From an uncultured bacterium (GTDB taxonomy: Bacteria; Patescibacteriota; Minisyncoccia; Phycocordibacterales; UBA6065), in NCBI GenBank assembly GCA_966243015.1, contig CBIMES010000001.1, forward strand, positions 50,598 to 114,597: a stretch of 64,000 nt of DNA, written 5' to 3'. The notes beneath the pieces are model-generated. The model was not told the origin of the DNA, did no database searches, and saw nothing but the letters and a program-made list of their open reading frames with translations. Below are positions 53,117 through 61,754 of this stretch, piece after piece. Positions within the stretch are counted from its first letter, which is position 1. Every line of letters begins with the position of its first letter. The translations under genes and the position numbers were made by a program.

Positions 53117-53902
53117 ATGAAGGCTAAATCCCTGGGCATATCCCTCAACAGGATTGCTGCTGCGATAGCCCTTCTTCTCCTTTGTGGAGCCTTCGCGTTT
53201 GTGTTTTACCTGGCTTGTCCCGTTCTCATCAAATGGGCTCGGGCCGCCGAGCAGTCCATTCACATTCCCGGTTCATCCGAGAGCGATGGTGTTCCCGTCG
53301 GCTCTGTGTCTCTCAAGGAATACGAGGAGGCGCTTCGTGCGAAGGAGGTTGCCGAGCAGTCGCTGATGGCCGCCATCCTTCGGGGCGACGGTCTCAAGGA
53401 CGAGGCCAACGTGCTTGCTGATCACAATGCCAAATTGCTCGATTCGGTCACCAGGCTTCAGGCCGACGCAAAGACGCCTCACTATGTCATTGTCCGTCCT
53501 GAGCAGCAGAAGCAGGAGCAGCCGCCCGCATCCATCGTGATTCAGGAACCGCTCCTGCCGCTCGCGCCGCCGGAGCCGATTCGCATCCCGTCAGGGCTTA
53601 TTCCCGTGACGGTATACGGGTCGTCCAACGAGTATGAGTATGGCTCGGGCGTTCGGTCGAGGCCGTTCTGCGTCAGCGAGGAGATAAAGCAGGGTAAGGT
53701 CCTCGTGTCGCGCAGGAAAGGTCTCATGATGGAGATTGAGACAGGTATCAGTCTTCGGAAGAATGATGTGCCGACGGTGGTGGCGGTTCCCGTCGAGTCA
53801 GATGTCATCGTGGTCCCTCGCGGAGCCAAGAAGGTTCGCTTCTACTACGAGGACACAGATTCGTCTGATCCGGCGCCGCTCAAGGTGAGGGTCATGGAGT
53901 AG
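53117..53902 (+). CDS. membrane-anchored hypothetical protein (signal anchor, coiled coil, Pro-rich linker, C-terminal beta domain)
   Basis: Start chosen at MKAKSLGISLN with GGAG 3 nt upstream; the track ORF starts at 52877. The C-terminal motif PRGAKKVRFYYED..LKVRVME resembles the C-terminus of the 57914..58465 protein. Confidence 0.5.
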   Translation: MKAKSLGISLNRIAAAIALLLLCGAFAFVFYLACPVLIKWARAAEQSIHIPGSSESDGVPVGSVSLKEYEEALRAKEVAEQSLMAAILRGDGLKDEANVLADHNAKLLDSVTRLQADAKTPHYVIVRPEQQKQEQPPASIVIQEPLLPLAPPEPIRIPSGLIPVTVYGSSNEYEYGSGVRSRPFCVSEEIKQGKVLVSRRKGLMMEIETGISLRKNDVPTVVAVPVESDVIVVPRGAKKVRFYYEDTDSSDPAPLKVRVME

Positions 53903-53983
53903 TGTCCCGTTGACTACAGGGCGCCGAGAAATTCTCGGCGCTTTTTTTATGGAAATAACTGAATATAGCTGCCTCAGGTATTT

Positions 53984-54532
53984 TTGATATACTTATACGC
54001 ATCTATGTTCAGCGACCCACGTCACAACCTTGAGCAACTCGGCATGTCGGACGGTGCGATCGTCGCCGACCTCGGATCAGGTTCGGGGTTCTATTCGATG
54101 GAGGCCGCGCGCATCGTCGCTCCTCTCGGCAAGGTGTATGCGGTCGACGTGCAGAAGGACATGCTGGAGAAACTCAAGCGCGAGGCTCAGAAAGTCCATA
54201 TTCGCAACATCGACATAGTCCACGGCGATCTCGAGCGCTTGGGCGGTACCAAGATTCGTGATGGCATCGTAGACGTGGTCATCGTGTCGAACGTGCTTTT
54301 CATGCTCGAGGACAAGAAGACTTTCCTTCAAGAGGTGCGTCGCATTCTCAAGGCCAAGGGCCGCATCCTCCTTATCGACTGGTCCGCGTCCTTCTCGCTC
54401 ATGGGCCCCCATCCCGAACACGTCGTCTACAAGGACAATGCCCTTATCATGCTCAAGGAGGCAGGTTTTTCCTTCGAGCGTGAGATCAGCGCTGGCGCGC
54501 ATCACTATGGTATAATTGCGCGAAAGCAATAA
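53984..54532 (+). CDS. class I SAM-dependent methyltransferase
   Basis: VADLGSGSGFY (motif I), YAVDVQ (motif II), VVIVSNVLFML (motif III). Confidence 0.8.
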   Translation: MIYLYASMFSDPRHNLEQLGMSDGAIVADLGSGSGFYSMEAARIVAPLGKVYAVDVQKDMLEKLKREAQKVHIRNIDIVHGDLERLGGTKIRDGIVDVVIVSNVLFMLEDKKTFLQEVRRILKAKGRILLIDWSASFSLMGPHPEHVVYKDNALIMLKEAGFSFEREISAGAHHYGIIARKQ

Positions 54533-54533
54533 C

Positions 54534-55826
54534 ATGACCCGATTCCAACTTATCTTTACGGGATTCCTCATCGCGGCTGCGGTTGTCGGTGCGATACTTT
54601 TCTCCATTCAGAGAAGCAAGGGTTCTACGGCTGCCATCCAGGTGACCATGTGGGGGACTATCGATGCAGAGACATTCGGCGACTTTCTTGGTAAGGCGTC
54701 CCTCACGAACCGCGATACGGTCAACATCGATTATGTCGCCAAGGATCGAACGACCTTCGAGACCGATCTTATCGCTGCCCTTGCTCGCGGTCAGGGTCCC
54801 GATATGATCCTCCTGCCTCAGGACCTTCTCGTGAAGCAACGTGACAAGTTCTACGTCGTGCCGTTCGAGAACTATTCTGAGCGCCTTTTCAGAGATTCGT
54901 TTGTCGAGGAGGGCGAGCTCTTCCTGACCCCCGAGGGTGTTATCGGCCTGCCATTCGCGGTCGATCCGATTGTTATGTACTGGAACAGGAACATTTTCTC
55001 GAACGCGAGCATCCCGCTTCCTCCGACTTCGTGGACCGAGCTCTACACCCTTGCGCCGAAGATCATACAGAAGGACGCCTCGGGCAACATAACTCAGGCG
55101 CTCGTCGCGTTCGGTTCTATGAACAATGTAAGCCATGCCAAAGATTTGGTCTCGCTTCTCTCGCTTCAGGCCGGTACTTCGATCGTCGCGCGTGACACTC
55201 AGCTTAATTATCTTCGAAGCACGTTCTCTGACCAGGGCAGCGGCCTTATCCCGGCAGAGCAGGCCGTTAATTTCTTCACGGAGTTCTCTGACCCTGTAAA
55301 GGCGTCGTACTCGTGGAACAGGTCTCTCGCCACGGACAGGAACATGTTCCTGTCCGGGAAACTCGCCTTGTACTTTGGCTATGCGAGCGAAATCGCTGGC
55401 ATCAGGCTCGCGAACCCCAACCTCAACTTCGACGTCGCGGCCGTCCCTCAGATTCCCGGAAAGAGGCTGACCTTCGGCAGCATGCAGGCGATAACCCTTC
55501 TCAAGTCGTCGAAGAATCTCGGCGCGGCCTATGTCGCCGCTCAGGTTCTTACGGGCAAGGCCCTTCAGGCCGAATGGGTCGCCTCGAGCGGTCTCCCGCC
55601 CGTGCGTCGCGACCTTCTCGCCACCACGCCTGGCAACGCCTACACCGCAGTCTTTTACGAGAGCGCCCTCATGTCCCGCGCATGGCTCGATCCTAACAGC
55701 GAGGCGACGAAAGCGACCTTCACCAAGCTCGTCGAGAGCGTGACCTCGGGCAGGGTCCGGGCGAGCGAGGCGGTACGAACCGCGAGCACGGAGATAGACG
55801 TGCTCCTTCAGCAGGCAAACATATGA
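54534..55826 (+). CDS. ABC-transporter substrate-binding protein (extracellular solute-binding family 1-like), orphan
   Basis: N-terminal signal anchor plus bilobed SBP pattern. No cognate permease or ATPase genes are adjacent. Confidence 0.6.
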   Translation: MTRFQLIFTGFLIAAAVVGAILFSIQRSKGSTAAIQVTMWGTIDAETFGDFLGKASLTNRDTVNIDYVAKDRTTFETDLIAALARGQGPDMILLPQDLLVKQRDKFYVVPFENYSERLFRDSFVEEGELFLTPEGVIGLPFAVDPIVMYWNRNIFSNASIPLPPTSWTELYTLAPKIIQKDASGNITQALVAFGSMNNVSHAKDLVSLLSLQAGTSIVARDTQLNYLRSTFSDQGSGLIPAEQAVNFFTEFSDPVKASYSWNRSLATDRNMFLSGKLALYFGYASEIAGIRLANPNLNFDVAAVPQIPGKRLTFGSMQAITLLKSSKNLGAAYVAAQVLTGKALQAEWVASSGLPPVRRDLLATTPGNAYTAVFYESALMSRAWLDPNSEATKATFTKLVESVTSGRVRASEAVRTASTEIDVLLQQANI

Positions 55827-56293
55827 AACGAATAATCATTTTACTCTCGATCTTCGCGCTTTTCGCCCTCTCGGCGCAATCCGCCCTTGCGCAGGGCAAT
55901 ACGGGATCGGGCTCCGGCGACCCAAAGAATGACAATTTCCAGATTGTGCCATGCACGGGCGTCACCAAGACTCAGCCTGACGGCACGGTGACGGGCAGCG
56001 AGTGTGACTTCAATGCGCTCATCGAGATGACGAACAGGGTCATCAAGTTCCTGCTTTACATGTCGATACCGTTCGTTCTCGCCATGACTATCTACACGGC
56101 TTTCCAGTTCCTGACCTCGAACGGCAATCCTGTCAAACTCGAGAAGGCCAAGCACATGCTTTGGTACGTCGGCGTTGGTCTGCTCTGGATCCTGGTCTCG
56201 TTCATCCTCGTCTACACGGTCCTCGACAATCTGCTGTCGCCAAACATCAAGAACGATTCGCAGGGAATCTGGAGGAGCTATTTCAACCCATAA
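55823..56293 (+). CDS. VirB2/TrbC-like pilin candidate P2
   Basis: Signal peptide ..SALAQG, Cys pair (PCTG..SECD), then two hydrophobic helices separated by SNGNPVKLEKAKH. Confidence 0.55.
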   Translation: MKRIIILLSIFALFALSAQSALAQGNTGSGSGDPKNDNFQIVPCTGVTKTQPDGTVTGSECDFNALIEMTNRVIKFLLYMSIPFVLAMTIYTAFQFLTSNGNPVKLEKAKHMLWYVGVGLLWILVSFILVYTVLDNLLSPNIKNDSQGIWRSYFNP

Positions 56294-56297
56294 TCAC

Positions 56298-56750
56298 ATG
56301 AAGCATCACATCATCGCCTTCGCAGTCATCTTCGCGGTCTCGGCACCCGCCCTCGTCGCGGCACAAACCGAGTATCGCTACGCAGAGGTGTCGACCACCA
56401 CGGGATTCGGCGGTACGAACAGGGGAGCTGCGTCGGTCGCCACGTCTTCGAGGAACAATATCACCGCCACCGCCAAGCTCGAGAATCCGCTCAAGGGAGT
56501 GAACAGCCTCGGCGACTTCGTCTACCTCGTCATCAATTTCGTATACAGCCTCAGCTATGCCGTCATAGCATTCTTTCTCATCCTCTCGGGCTTCAAGTTT
56601 GTCATGGCGCAGGGAAAGCCTGACGCTCTCGACAACGCCAAGGAGACCTTCAAGAACACCATTATCGGTGCGGTCATTCTCATCGGCGCGAACGTTATCA
56701 CGGAGGTCGTGAGAACAGTCATTAATCAGTTTGTAAGAACATCAATATAA
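56298..56750 (+). CDS. VirB2/TrbC-like pilin candidate P3
   Basis: Start at MKHHIIAFAVIFAVSAPALVAAQ; two helices separated by AQGKPDALDNAKE. Confidence 0.55.
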   Translation: MKHHIIAFAVIFAVSAPALVAAQTEYRYAEVSTTTGFGGTNRGAASVATSSRNNITATAKLENPLKGVNSLGDFVYLVINFVYSLSYAVIAFFLILSGFKFVMAQGKPDALDNAKETFKNTIIGAVILIGANVITEVVRTVINQFVRTSI

Positions 56751-56760
56751 AAACACAGCC

Positions 56761-57147
56761 ATGAAAAAGATACTTGTAGCAGGCTTCCTTGCCCTCACCG
56801 TGCTTACGGCGCCGGTCTTGGCCTCGGCTCAGGCAAAGGGTTCGATATCGTCGTGCGGTCAGCTTCAGACCGAGGGTGCGGCGGGTTTGGTGAAGTGCAT
56901 CATCGCCTTCTTTGATTACTTCGTCTACATTGTCACCGCCCTTGCCGTGGTCTACATCGTCCTCGGCGCGTTCAAGCTCCTGAACGAGGAGAAGAGGGAC
57001 GAGGGTAAGCAGACCATTTACTACGGCATTATCGGCCTCTTCGTCATGATGTCGATCTGGGGCTTCGTCAACATCCTTAACAACACCTTCAAGCTCGGCA
57101 CTTCGGCCGATCAGGTAAACAGGCCGACCCTCATCCCATCGCGATAG
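56761..57147 (+). CDS. VirB2/TrbC-like pilin candidate P4 (closest paralog of P1)
   Basis: CIIAFFDYFVYIVTALAVVYIVLGAFKLLNEEKRDEGKQTIYYGIIGLFVMMSIWGFVNIL is about 75% identical to the P1 core. Confidence 0.6.
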   Translation: MKKILVAGFLALTVLTAPVLASAQAKGSISSCGQLQTEGAAGLVKCIIAFFDYFVYIVTALAVVYIVLGAFKLLNEEKRDEGKQTIYYGIIGLFVMMSIWGFVNILNNTFKLGTSADQVNRPTLIPSR

Positions 57148-57221
57148 GTTATCCCCACGCTTTGTCGAAGCTTGGCTTTCCTTGGTATAATTGAGGGGCA
57201 TTATAAAATTTAGAACAACTC

Positions 57222-57584
57222 ATGAAAAAAATCGGATTCATCGCTGCATTGCTCGTCCTTCCATTCACGGCAGGCGCGCAGGGAGCAATCAATAACGTCT
57301 GGGACATCTTCAACTTCATCAACAGGATTCTCAACACGCTTCTCCCGCTCATCATCGCTGCTGCCGTCGTGTACTTCATCTACGGCATCGCGACCTACGT
57401 CATGTCGGGTAGCGACGACGCAAAGGCTGCCGCAAAGGATCGCATCATCTACGGCATCATCGGCCTCTTCGTAATGGTATCCGTATGGGGTCTCGTGAAC
57501 ATCCTCGTGAACACCTTCGGCATTAGCAACCAGACCGCTCCGGGAAACATCAACAATCAGCTCCCGAACGTCCCTACTAACTAG
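57222..57584 (+). CDS. VirB2/TrbC-like pilin candidate P5
   Basis: Signal peptide ..TAGAQG; helices separated by SGSDDAKAAAKDR; second helix IIYGIIGLFVMVSVWGLVNIL. Confidence 0.55.
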   Translation: MKKIGFIAALLVLPFTAGAQGAINNVWDIFNFINRILNTLLPLIIAAAVVYFIYGIATYVMSGSDDAKAAAKDRIIYGIIGLFVMVSVWGLVNILVNTFGISNQTAPGNINNQLPNVPTN

Positions 57585-57589
57585 TCCCC

Positions 57590-57838
57590 ATGAACGCTCT
57601 GGGTGTACCTCTTGTCCAGAAGTTCTTCGCTGTGGTGGTGAATCCGGCGATACGACTTCTCTTCGCGGCTGCCGTTGTGTACTTCGTCTACGGAGTCTTC
57701 AACTACGTCAGGCACTCAAGCGACGGCGACGCAAGGGCAGAGGGTGCCAATCACATCCTTTGGAGCACGATCGGCCTCTTCATCATGGTTTCCGTCTGGG
57801 GTATCATCGGCGTCCTCAGGAGCACGGTGGGTCAGTAG
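57590..57838 (+). CDS. VirB2/TrbC-like pilin candidate P6 (no obvious cleavable signal peptide)
   Basis: AAVVYFVYGVFNYV, then the loop SSDGDARAEGANH, then ILWSTIGLFIMVSVWGIIGVL. Same family as P5. Confidence 0.5.
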   Translation: MNALGVPLVQKFFAVVVNPAIRLLFAAAVVYFVYGVFNYVRHSSDGDARAEGANHILWSTIGLFIMVSVWGIIGVLRSTVGQ

Positions 57839-57913
57839 GAAGGACAGGAGACAGGAAAAAGAAAAAGGCCCGCGCACATGTGCGCGGGCCTTTGATTTGC
57901 CCCGAACCGTTCC

Positions 57914-58465
57914 TTACTCCGGCACCTTGATGTTGAAGGCCTTGCTCGAGAAGAACCTGACCTTGGTGGCACCGTCGGGAATCTTGAACGCGCCGCGAGC
58001 GGGCAGCTCGTGGGGTTTTCCGTCTGCCATCATCCAGATGCCGGGTTTGGCCTCGATGCCGATCTTCCTGCTGAGGAGGTCGGCGACGGAGTATTCCGGC
58101 GACAGGACGTTGGGCTCGATGGTTATCTCGGCCTCGACGCCAGTCGGTCGGTCGCCTTCGGCATAGCCGAAGCGATAGGTGATGCCGGACTCGGAGGTTA
58201 TGGACTCGAGCGGGACGCTCTCGACCTTGGTTTTCGTCTTGCGACGTTCCGAGGTTGAGGAGCCTGACGAGAATCCGGTTTGGCCGGTCTCGGCGCGCTC
58301 CTCGGTTTCTTCCTTGTCGGCTTTCGCCTTTCTTCCTTCGGTGCTCTTGCAGCCGGAGAAGCTGTTGCTGACGATGGCGATGGTGCAGATGAGGGCACAC
58401 AGGGCGATGAACTTTACGAGTTTACCGCTCAGTGTGACGCTGTCCTTTGCGGGTGTGTCTGACAT
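57914..58465 (-). CDS. putative lipoprotein / membrane-anchored secreted protein
   Basis: N-terminal hydrophobic segment ending ..SNSFSGC (lipobox-like). Its own promoter (TTGACA..TATCAT) and SD (AAAGGAG) are present. Confidence 0.5.
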   Translation of the reverse strand: MSDTPAKDSVTLSGKLVKFIALCALICTIAIVSNSFSGCKSTEGRKAKADKEETEERAETGQTGFSSGSSTSERRKTKTKVESVPLESITSESGITYRFGYAEGDRPTGVEAEITIEPNVLSPEYSVADLLSRKIGIEAKPGIWMMADGKPHELPARGAFKIPDGATKVRFFSSKAFNIKVPE

Positions 58466-58579
58466 TATCGTGTCTCCTTTGGAGGGTTGATGGTTGGGAA
58501 TATGTGAAGATCTGTATGCCGTATCTGCGGCAAACTTTATATTATGATATATCGTTTTATGTAAATTGTCAAGTAATGA

Positions 58580-58612
58580 AAAAGGGCCGTCACTTGCGTG
58601 ACGGCCCTCGCT
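58580..58612 (-). terminator. terminator GGGCCGTCAC-TTGC-GTGACGGCCC plus TTTTTCATT downstream of 58621..59355
   Basis: Seen directly in the sequence. Confidence 0.65.
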
Positions 58613-58620
58613 GCTAAGTC

Positions 58621-59355
58621 CTAGGACTTAGGCTTGGTCGTTATGGTCATCTCCGTGTCACCGTCTGGCTTGAACCAGAAGTGAGTTGGATTCGCCGAGA
58701 ATATTCGATCCGTATCGATATACGTTCCAGGCGCTGCTCTGTGCACTTTTCGCTCGTCATTCACCCTGAGGGAGAAATCGACGGGCGGATTGAGCGTGAC
58801 ATCAATTCGCTTGTCTTTCGGCACGGGGATCTTCTTCCAGCCTCCCGCTTTGACCCAGATCACCCGCTCTGTGGGGTGATCCGATATCTCGGCGAGCGCT
58901 TGGTCGAAGGCCTCCTCGATTGAGGGCGAATCTTCAGACTTCCACACGACGTATACCCAGCTGCCCACAGCAGTCACCAGGACGATGATGCCGAACAGCT
59001 TCGCTATCTTCTTGGGCGCAGCCATGACCGCGTATATGCTGAACACGATCGCGATCTGGGTTATCCAGAATATGCTGCCCCTATACCAGAACGTCCACCA
59101 CCACTCGTATTCTGTCCTGGCACAGAGCCAGTTGAAGAATCCGAGCGATATGCTGATGAGGGCGAGGGACTTTGCGATTTCCTTACCGTGCTTCTCCCAG
59201 AGTTCCTCAATCCAGCTTTTGGGTTGGTCTGTTGTCTTGGGCTTGCCCTTGGCGTCCTCCTTCATCTTTTCGTAGACGATGAGTGCGACAAAGATGAGGC
59301 CTATGATACCAACCGCACCAAGCGCTAACATTAACTTCAGTTCCAGCGGTGTCAC
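58621..59355 (-). CDS. hypothetical integral membrane protein (about 4 TM) with C-terminal soluble domain
   Basis: Hydrophobic helices; immediately downstream of the SPFH gene on the same strand. Possible NfeD-like partner; this is inference. Confidence 0.5.
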   Translation of the reverse strand: MTPLELKLMLALGAVGIIGLIFVALIVYEKMKEDAKGKPKTTDQPKSWIEELWEKHGKEIAKSLALISISLGFFNWLCARTEYEWWWTFWYRGSIFWITQIAIVFSIYAVMAAPKKIAKLFGIIVLVTAVGSWVYVVWKSEDSPSIEEAFDQALAEISDHPTERVIWVKAGGWKKIPVPKDKRIDVTLNPPVDFSLRVNDERKVHRAAPGTYIDTDRIFSANPTHFWFKPDGDTEMTITTKPKS

Positions 59356-59373
59356 TGTTCTAACTCCTTTCTT

Positions 59374-60552
59374 TTAGTTGTTACCAGGTTTTTCGCCTGC
59401 TGTTCCCGGACTTATTCCAAATGCTGGCATGGCTGGTGTGCCGATGACAACCGTATGGATTGATTTCGAATTACCGAGCGACTGCAGGCCCGCATGCGGG
59501 TTTTCCTTTGTGGCGTCCGCCATTTGCTTTGCGGCCTGCGCCTCAGCATTACCTTTAACCTTGATCGCCTCGGCCTCCTTCTGTGCTTCATAGAGCTTCG
59601 CGTCCGCGAGGATGCGCATCTCTTTCGACTTGGCCTCTGCGGCTGTTTCGACCTTCTCCTTGTCTCGATCCGCGTAATACTTGGTGAGGGACGCCTTTTG
59701 GGTGTCGCTCATCTTGTCTGTCGGATCGATGGAGAAGCCGAGGAAGTTAACCGAAACGATTTCCTGTCCGAGGGTGCTCTTGATACCGGGATTGCCCCTG
59801 TCAGAGTCGTTGAGAAGGGCGATGCCCTTCTGCAGGCGACTTCTTACATGGACTTTGGGCGTATTTTCTCCACCTTCGTCCTTTTTTGGCTCATCCGTTC
59901 CGACCTCTGCCTCCATCTGGATTATCTCGTTCAACTTACTGGTTCCGAAGATATCTCGGATTTCGGCGGTTACTGAGCCGTTCGCGTTAGCGAGCCAACC
60001 TGGTGATTTGTTGCCGAAGAGGCTTTTGTTTGCGTCCACTGTCCTGGTTGTGATGACGAAGTCGGCTGTGATGGGTATGCCTTCCTCGGTTTCAGCGCCG
60101 CGGACGGTTATGCCGAACGATGCCTGCCAGAATATTGAGTCGGCCCTATCGTTTTTTCCGTGTATCGTGTAGTCGGTCGCTCCATCGGTGCCTTTGGAGT
60201 ATTTTGTCCTCGGGAACATGTATTTGTATCGCGAGGCGAAAGGCCAGAGGCCTATCCAATATATTCCATAGATGTTTCCGGGGAGGCTTATGCTCGTTGG
60301 AGCATTACCCTCGGTAACAATCCCTGTCTTTGGGTGAACCCAGTAACCAGTTATGTTGCCTATGAAGCGCGCTACTCTGTCGCCGTGCATGATCACCACA
60401 ATCTCTCCCTGGGGAACCATGGTGAACATGATGTCCTTGTGGGCAAAATAATAGATGGCCATGCCGATTGCTGTCAGGGCGGTAAGCCCGATGAGGACCA
60501 GGATCAGGATGATGTTCAGCCTGTCTTGGTCCAGTATTTCGATATCTGTCAT
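59374..60552 (-). CDS. SPFH/band-7 (stomatin/flotillin-like) domain protein
   Basis: N-terminal TM; SPFH blocks (VPQGEIVVIMHGDRVARFIG.., TVRGAETEEGIPITADFVITTRTVD); C-terminal Ala/Glu/Lys-rich coiled coil (ILADAKLYEAQKEAEAIKVKGNAEAQAAKQ). GGAGGA SD upstream. Confidence 0.6.
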   Translation of the reverse strand: MTDIEILDQDRLNIILILVLIGLTALTAIGMAIYYFAHKDIMFTMVPQGEIVVIMHGDRVARFIGNITGYWVHPKTGIVTEGNAPTSISLPGNIYGIYWIGLWPFASRYKYMFPRTKYSKGTDGATDYTIHGKNDRADSIFWQASFGITVRGAETEEGIPITADFVITTRTVDANKSLFGNKSPGWLANANGSVTAEIRDIFGTSKLNEIIQMEAEVGTDEPKKDEGGENTPKVHVRSRLQKGIALLNDSDRGNPGIKSTLGQEIVSVNFLGFSIDPTDKMSDTQKASLTKYYADRDKEKVETAAEAKSKEMRILADAKLYEAQKEAEAIKVKGNAEAQAAKQMADATKENPHAGLQSLGNSKSIHTVVIGTPAMPAFGISPGTAGEKPGNN

Positions 60553-60737
60553 TGTCTGATTCCTCCGTGGTTGGTGGTTTTCGTTGTGTGTTTATGTCTG
60601 TGTCAAAGGGCAGGGAGGCGGGTGCCTCCTGGTGCTGTCCTGTTGTATATAATAGCATTTTATATACAAAAAGTCAAGTATGTGGTTTTGTGAAAACAGG
60701 GCCTTGTTAAGCTCTCCGCGCGCGTTTGGAAAAGAAA

Positions 60738-60775
60738 AAGGGCCTGTCCGCTTACGCGGACAGGCCCTTGGGTCT
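60738..60775 (-). terminator. terminator GGGCCTGTCCGC-TTAC-GCGGACAGGCCC plus TTTTTCTTTTCC downstream of the REC gene
   Basis: Seen directly in the sequence. Confidence 0.65.
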
Positions 60776-60792
60776 CGTTTCTTGGTCGGTAT

Positions 60793-61230
60793 CTAGCCTT
60801 GCGACCTGAGCGCCGCATCCTCGAGGACCTTGCGGAGGGCCATGAAGTTGAAGGGTTTGAGCAGGTTTATCTGCCCGTCCCTTGGTTCCAGGGCTTTCTC
60901 TTTCGGGTCGATGCCTTGCAGGTATGAGGAGATGCGCACGCGCAGGGTCTGGGGACGCTCCTTCTTTGCCCATTCGAGCAGGAAGAGTGCATCCTTGTCG
61001 ATGCCCGCCGGGACATCTAGGCCGTGGGTGTCAGTATCCACGATAAGGATGTCGGTCTTGGTGGCCGATATGACCCCGAGCGCGACGCCTGGGCTTCGAG
61101 TCGAGATGTCGATCTCGAAGCCCAGGTGGGGTATCGCCTGGTCGAGCAGGGCTCGGAATTCGGGGTTTGCCACCATGATCACTATCGAGAACTGAGGCTT
61201 TGTGGAAGGAACAGGTGAGTCGGTATTCAC
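60793..61230 (-). CDS. stand-alone receiver (REC/CheY-like) domain protein
   Basis: Beta-alpha repeats with an acidic pocket (ILIVDTDTHGLD) and KPFNFMALRKVL matching the conserved Lys/Pro region of receiver domains. Confidence 0.5.
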   Translation of the reverse strand: MNTDSPVPSTKPQFSIVIMVANPEFRALLDQAIPHLGFEIDISTRSPGVALGVISATKTDILIVDTDTHGLDVPAGIDKDALFLLEWAKKERPQTLRVRISSYLQGIDPKEKALEPRDGQINLLKPFNFMALRKVLEDAALRSQG

Positions 61231-61279
61231 GATTACTATAGTATCAGAATTTATTGATTATGTCAATAAATCTGTCTGG

Positions 61280-61360
61280 TGCGCGAGAGAGGACTTGAAC
61301 CTCCATGCCTTGCGGCGCCTGCTCCTAAGGCAGGTGTGTCTGCCATTTCACCACTCGCGC
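61280..61360 (-). tRNA. tRNA-Leu (anticodon TAG), type II
   Basis: Manual fold: acceptor GCGCGAG/CTCGCGC, anticodon stem-loop CCTGC-CTTAGGA-GCAGG, long variable arm, T arm GGAGG-TTCAAGT-CCTCT, discriminator A. Confidence 0.85.
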
Positions 61361-61419
61361 AGATGCGTTCAGTATAACAAAAGAGAGAATTTCGAATGTG
61401 CCGAATCTGACCTTCATCA

Positions 61420-61445
61420 CTTCCTGTATGGGTACATACAGGAAG
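61420..61445. repeat. hairpin CTTCCTGTATG-GGTA-CATACAGGAAG (11-bp perfect stem) between tRNA genes
   Basis: Seen directly in the sequence. Confidence 0.6.
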
Positions 61446-61456
61446 TGTTTCGCTCG

Positions 61457-61500
61457 GAAACGGCCCCGGAAGAAAGCTAGCTTTCTTCCGGGGCCGTTTC
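61457..61500. repeat. perfect 44-bp palindrome GAAACGGCCCCGGAAGAAAGC-TA-GCTTTCTTCCGGGGCCGTTTC between tRNA-Lys and tRNA-Leu(TAG)
   Basis: 21-bp arms around a central TA, with no loop; likely a processing or terminator structure. Confidence 0.65.
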
Positions 61501-61511
61501 GCTCACTCGAG

Positions 61512-61584
61512 TCCTTCCTGTAGGGATCGAACCTACGACCTTATCCTTAAGAGGGATCTGCTCTACCAACTGAGCTAAGGAAGG
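61512..61584 (-). tRNA. tRNA-Lys (anticodon CTT)
   Basis: Manual fold: acceptor CCTTCCT/AGGAAGG, D arm GCTC-AGTTGGTA-GAGC, anticodon loop CTCTTAA, T arm GTAGG-TTCGATC-CCTAC. Confidence 0.8.
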
Positions 61585-61652
61585 GTGTTTCAGTATCTTA
61601 CAACAGCTTTGATTTTTTTTCCAGTCCTGGGCCTTCCCGAGGGCTCTGGCGG

Positions 61653-61739
61653 TGCCCAGGGTCGGATTCGAACCGACATGCTCTGTTACGAGCGGGAGAT
61701 TTTAAGTCTCCTGCGTCTGACCAGTTTCGCCACCCGGGC
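61653..61739 (-). tRNA. tRNA-Leu (anticodon TAA), type II
   Basis: Manual fold: acceptor GCCCGGG/CCTGGGC, anticodon stem-loop GGAGA-CTTAAAA-TCTCC, long variable arm, T arm GTCGG-TTCGAAT-CCGAC. Confidence 0.85.
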
Positions 61740-61754
61740 GGCGTTTCTACCGAG

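Noticed and set aside
54534-55826. Orphan substrate-binding protein as part of a complete ABC importer
   Set aside because: No adjacent permease or ATPase genes; flanked by a methyltransferase and the pilin-like array. Reported as a lone SBP-like secreted protein.
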